From the NCBI GenBank assembly GCA_051362555.1, contig CM120640.1:71774788-71838787 (forward strand): a DNA stretch of 64,000 bases, written 5' to 3'. The stretch comes from Lingula anatina. Taxonomy: Eukaryota; Animalia; Brachiopoda. Shown one piece after another: positions 63,045-64,000 of the stretch (within the stretch, counting starts at the first letter, position 1; each line of letters starts with the position of its first letter). The notes beneath the pieces are model-generated. The model saw only the letters and a program-made list of their open reading frames with translations. It had not been told where the DNA came from and made no database searches. A program made the position numbers and the translations under genes.

Positions 63045-63431
63045 TTTGTTATCCCCGCACTTTTGAGACAAAAGTCGGGGATCATGTAATCGTCCGTGCG
63101 TCTGTGTGTTAATTTCCGCTATCTCCTCTTAGACCATTGCAGATAGGAAACTGAAACTTTGGGAATTGGTAGACCCATCTTTAGGGATGTGCATGGGAAC
63201 TTTGGAAATTTAGTGCCACAGGGTGTTGGGCTTTCCCCGGGGGTGGTTGATTCTAAATTCTTTTCACATTGTAATTTCTGCCGTCTGCTCCTAGACCATT
63301 GCAGGTAGGAAGTTGAAACTTTGGTGATTAGTTTACCCATCATCAGAGATGTGCATGGGCACTTTTGAATTTTAGTGCAACAGGGGGTTGGGCTGTCCCT
63401 GGGGGTTGGTTGATTCTAAATTCTTTTCACA

Positions 63432-63436
<5 letters not shown>
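63045..63436 (+). mobile_element. Truncated HINE-like element with two ~170-bp units, followed by (TA)n
   Basis: T-rich start, hairpin ATCCCCGCACTTTTG...CAAAAGTCGGGGAT, CGTCCGTGCGTCTG microsatellite, repeated TAGACCATTGCAG block. Confidence 0.65.
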
Positions 63437-63486
<50 letters not shown>

Positions 63487-64000
63487 AATACCTTTGGATG
63501 AAGCAGTGATGTGTGTGTATGTGTGTGCGTACTTGTATGTGTACGTGCATGTGGTAAGTGGTCCCTAGGGGTGAGGTGCTCTTGATGATATGGGGAAGTG
63601 CAGGGATATGCAATGGCTACCCATCAACACCATCTAGTTTATAATGTATAAATTTAAAGGGTATGCAAGGCCTTTTTTATTTTTTTTGTATCAAAATAAA
63701 ACAACTTGTGTTTGATAACTATTATATGCCCTATTTATGATGTTTAAAATACACAGAAGGTAACTGGACACCAGCTAAGTGGATGAAGATGTTCATAGAT
63801 CCTCTTGGATATCATCAGGTTTTAAAATGGACTCTATACAGCATACTTGCTGCCTCAAATCTTTCTGTTGTTTGTAGTTTGTGCTTGTCCTTAATACATT
63901 TGATTTTAATAAAGTATTTAATATACCTGTTCAAAATTGGATTTTTGCATTAAATGGAAATGCAAAGAGAAAATGGATTATTAGGCAAATGAAAAAAAAT

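Noticed and set aside
1-64000. tRNA, rRNA or other structural RNA genes
   Set aside because: None recognised; only tRNA-complementary primer-binding sites were seen.

Overview
AT-rich metazoan genomic DNA, probably a marine invertebrate such as a mollusc (inferred from the gene and repeat families). Three spliced host genes can be reconstructed with consistent exon phases. (1) A HUNK-like Ser/Thr kinase (+, 2196-11360, 8 coding exons, 742 aa, one GC-AG intron). (2) YRDC (-, 55059-59654, 6 exons, 254 aa). (3) GET1/WRB (+, 60102-62469, 5 exons, 169 aa), head-to-head with YRDC. Between them lies about 42 kb of nested transposon sequence: two related MULE/CaRF-like SWIM-Ulp1-PHD relics, an alpha-kinase pseudogene facing an integrase-family C-terminus, a spliced tyrosine-recombinase (Crypton-like) element whose left end sits at a (GT)n tract and carries an AACCGAGGAC motif array, Gypsy (Gmr1-like, chromodomain, Mag-like), BEL, DIRS-like and L1/Tx1 fragments, TIR elements/MITEs, and several Helentron-associated elements (HINEs) with 146-bp satellite arrays rich in AGGTCA DR1 motifs. 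The most notable patterns are the recombinase element and the recurrent tandem amplification of splice sites in all three host genes. Family assignments rest on motif recognition by eye; no database searches were run.
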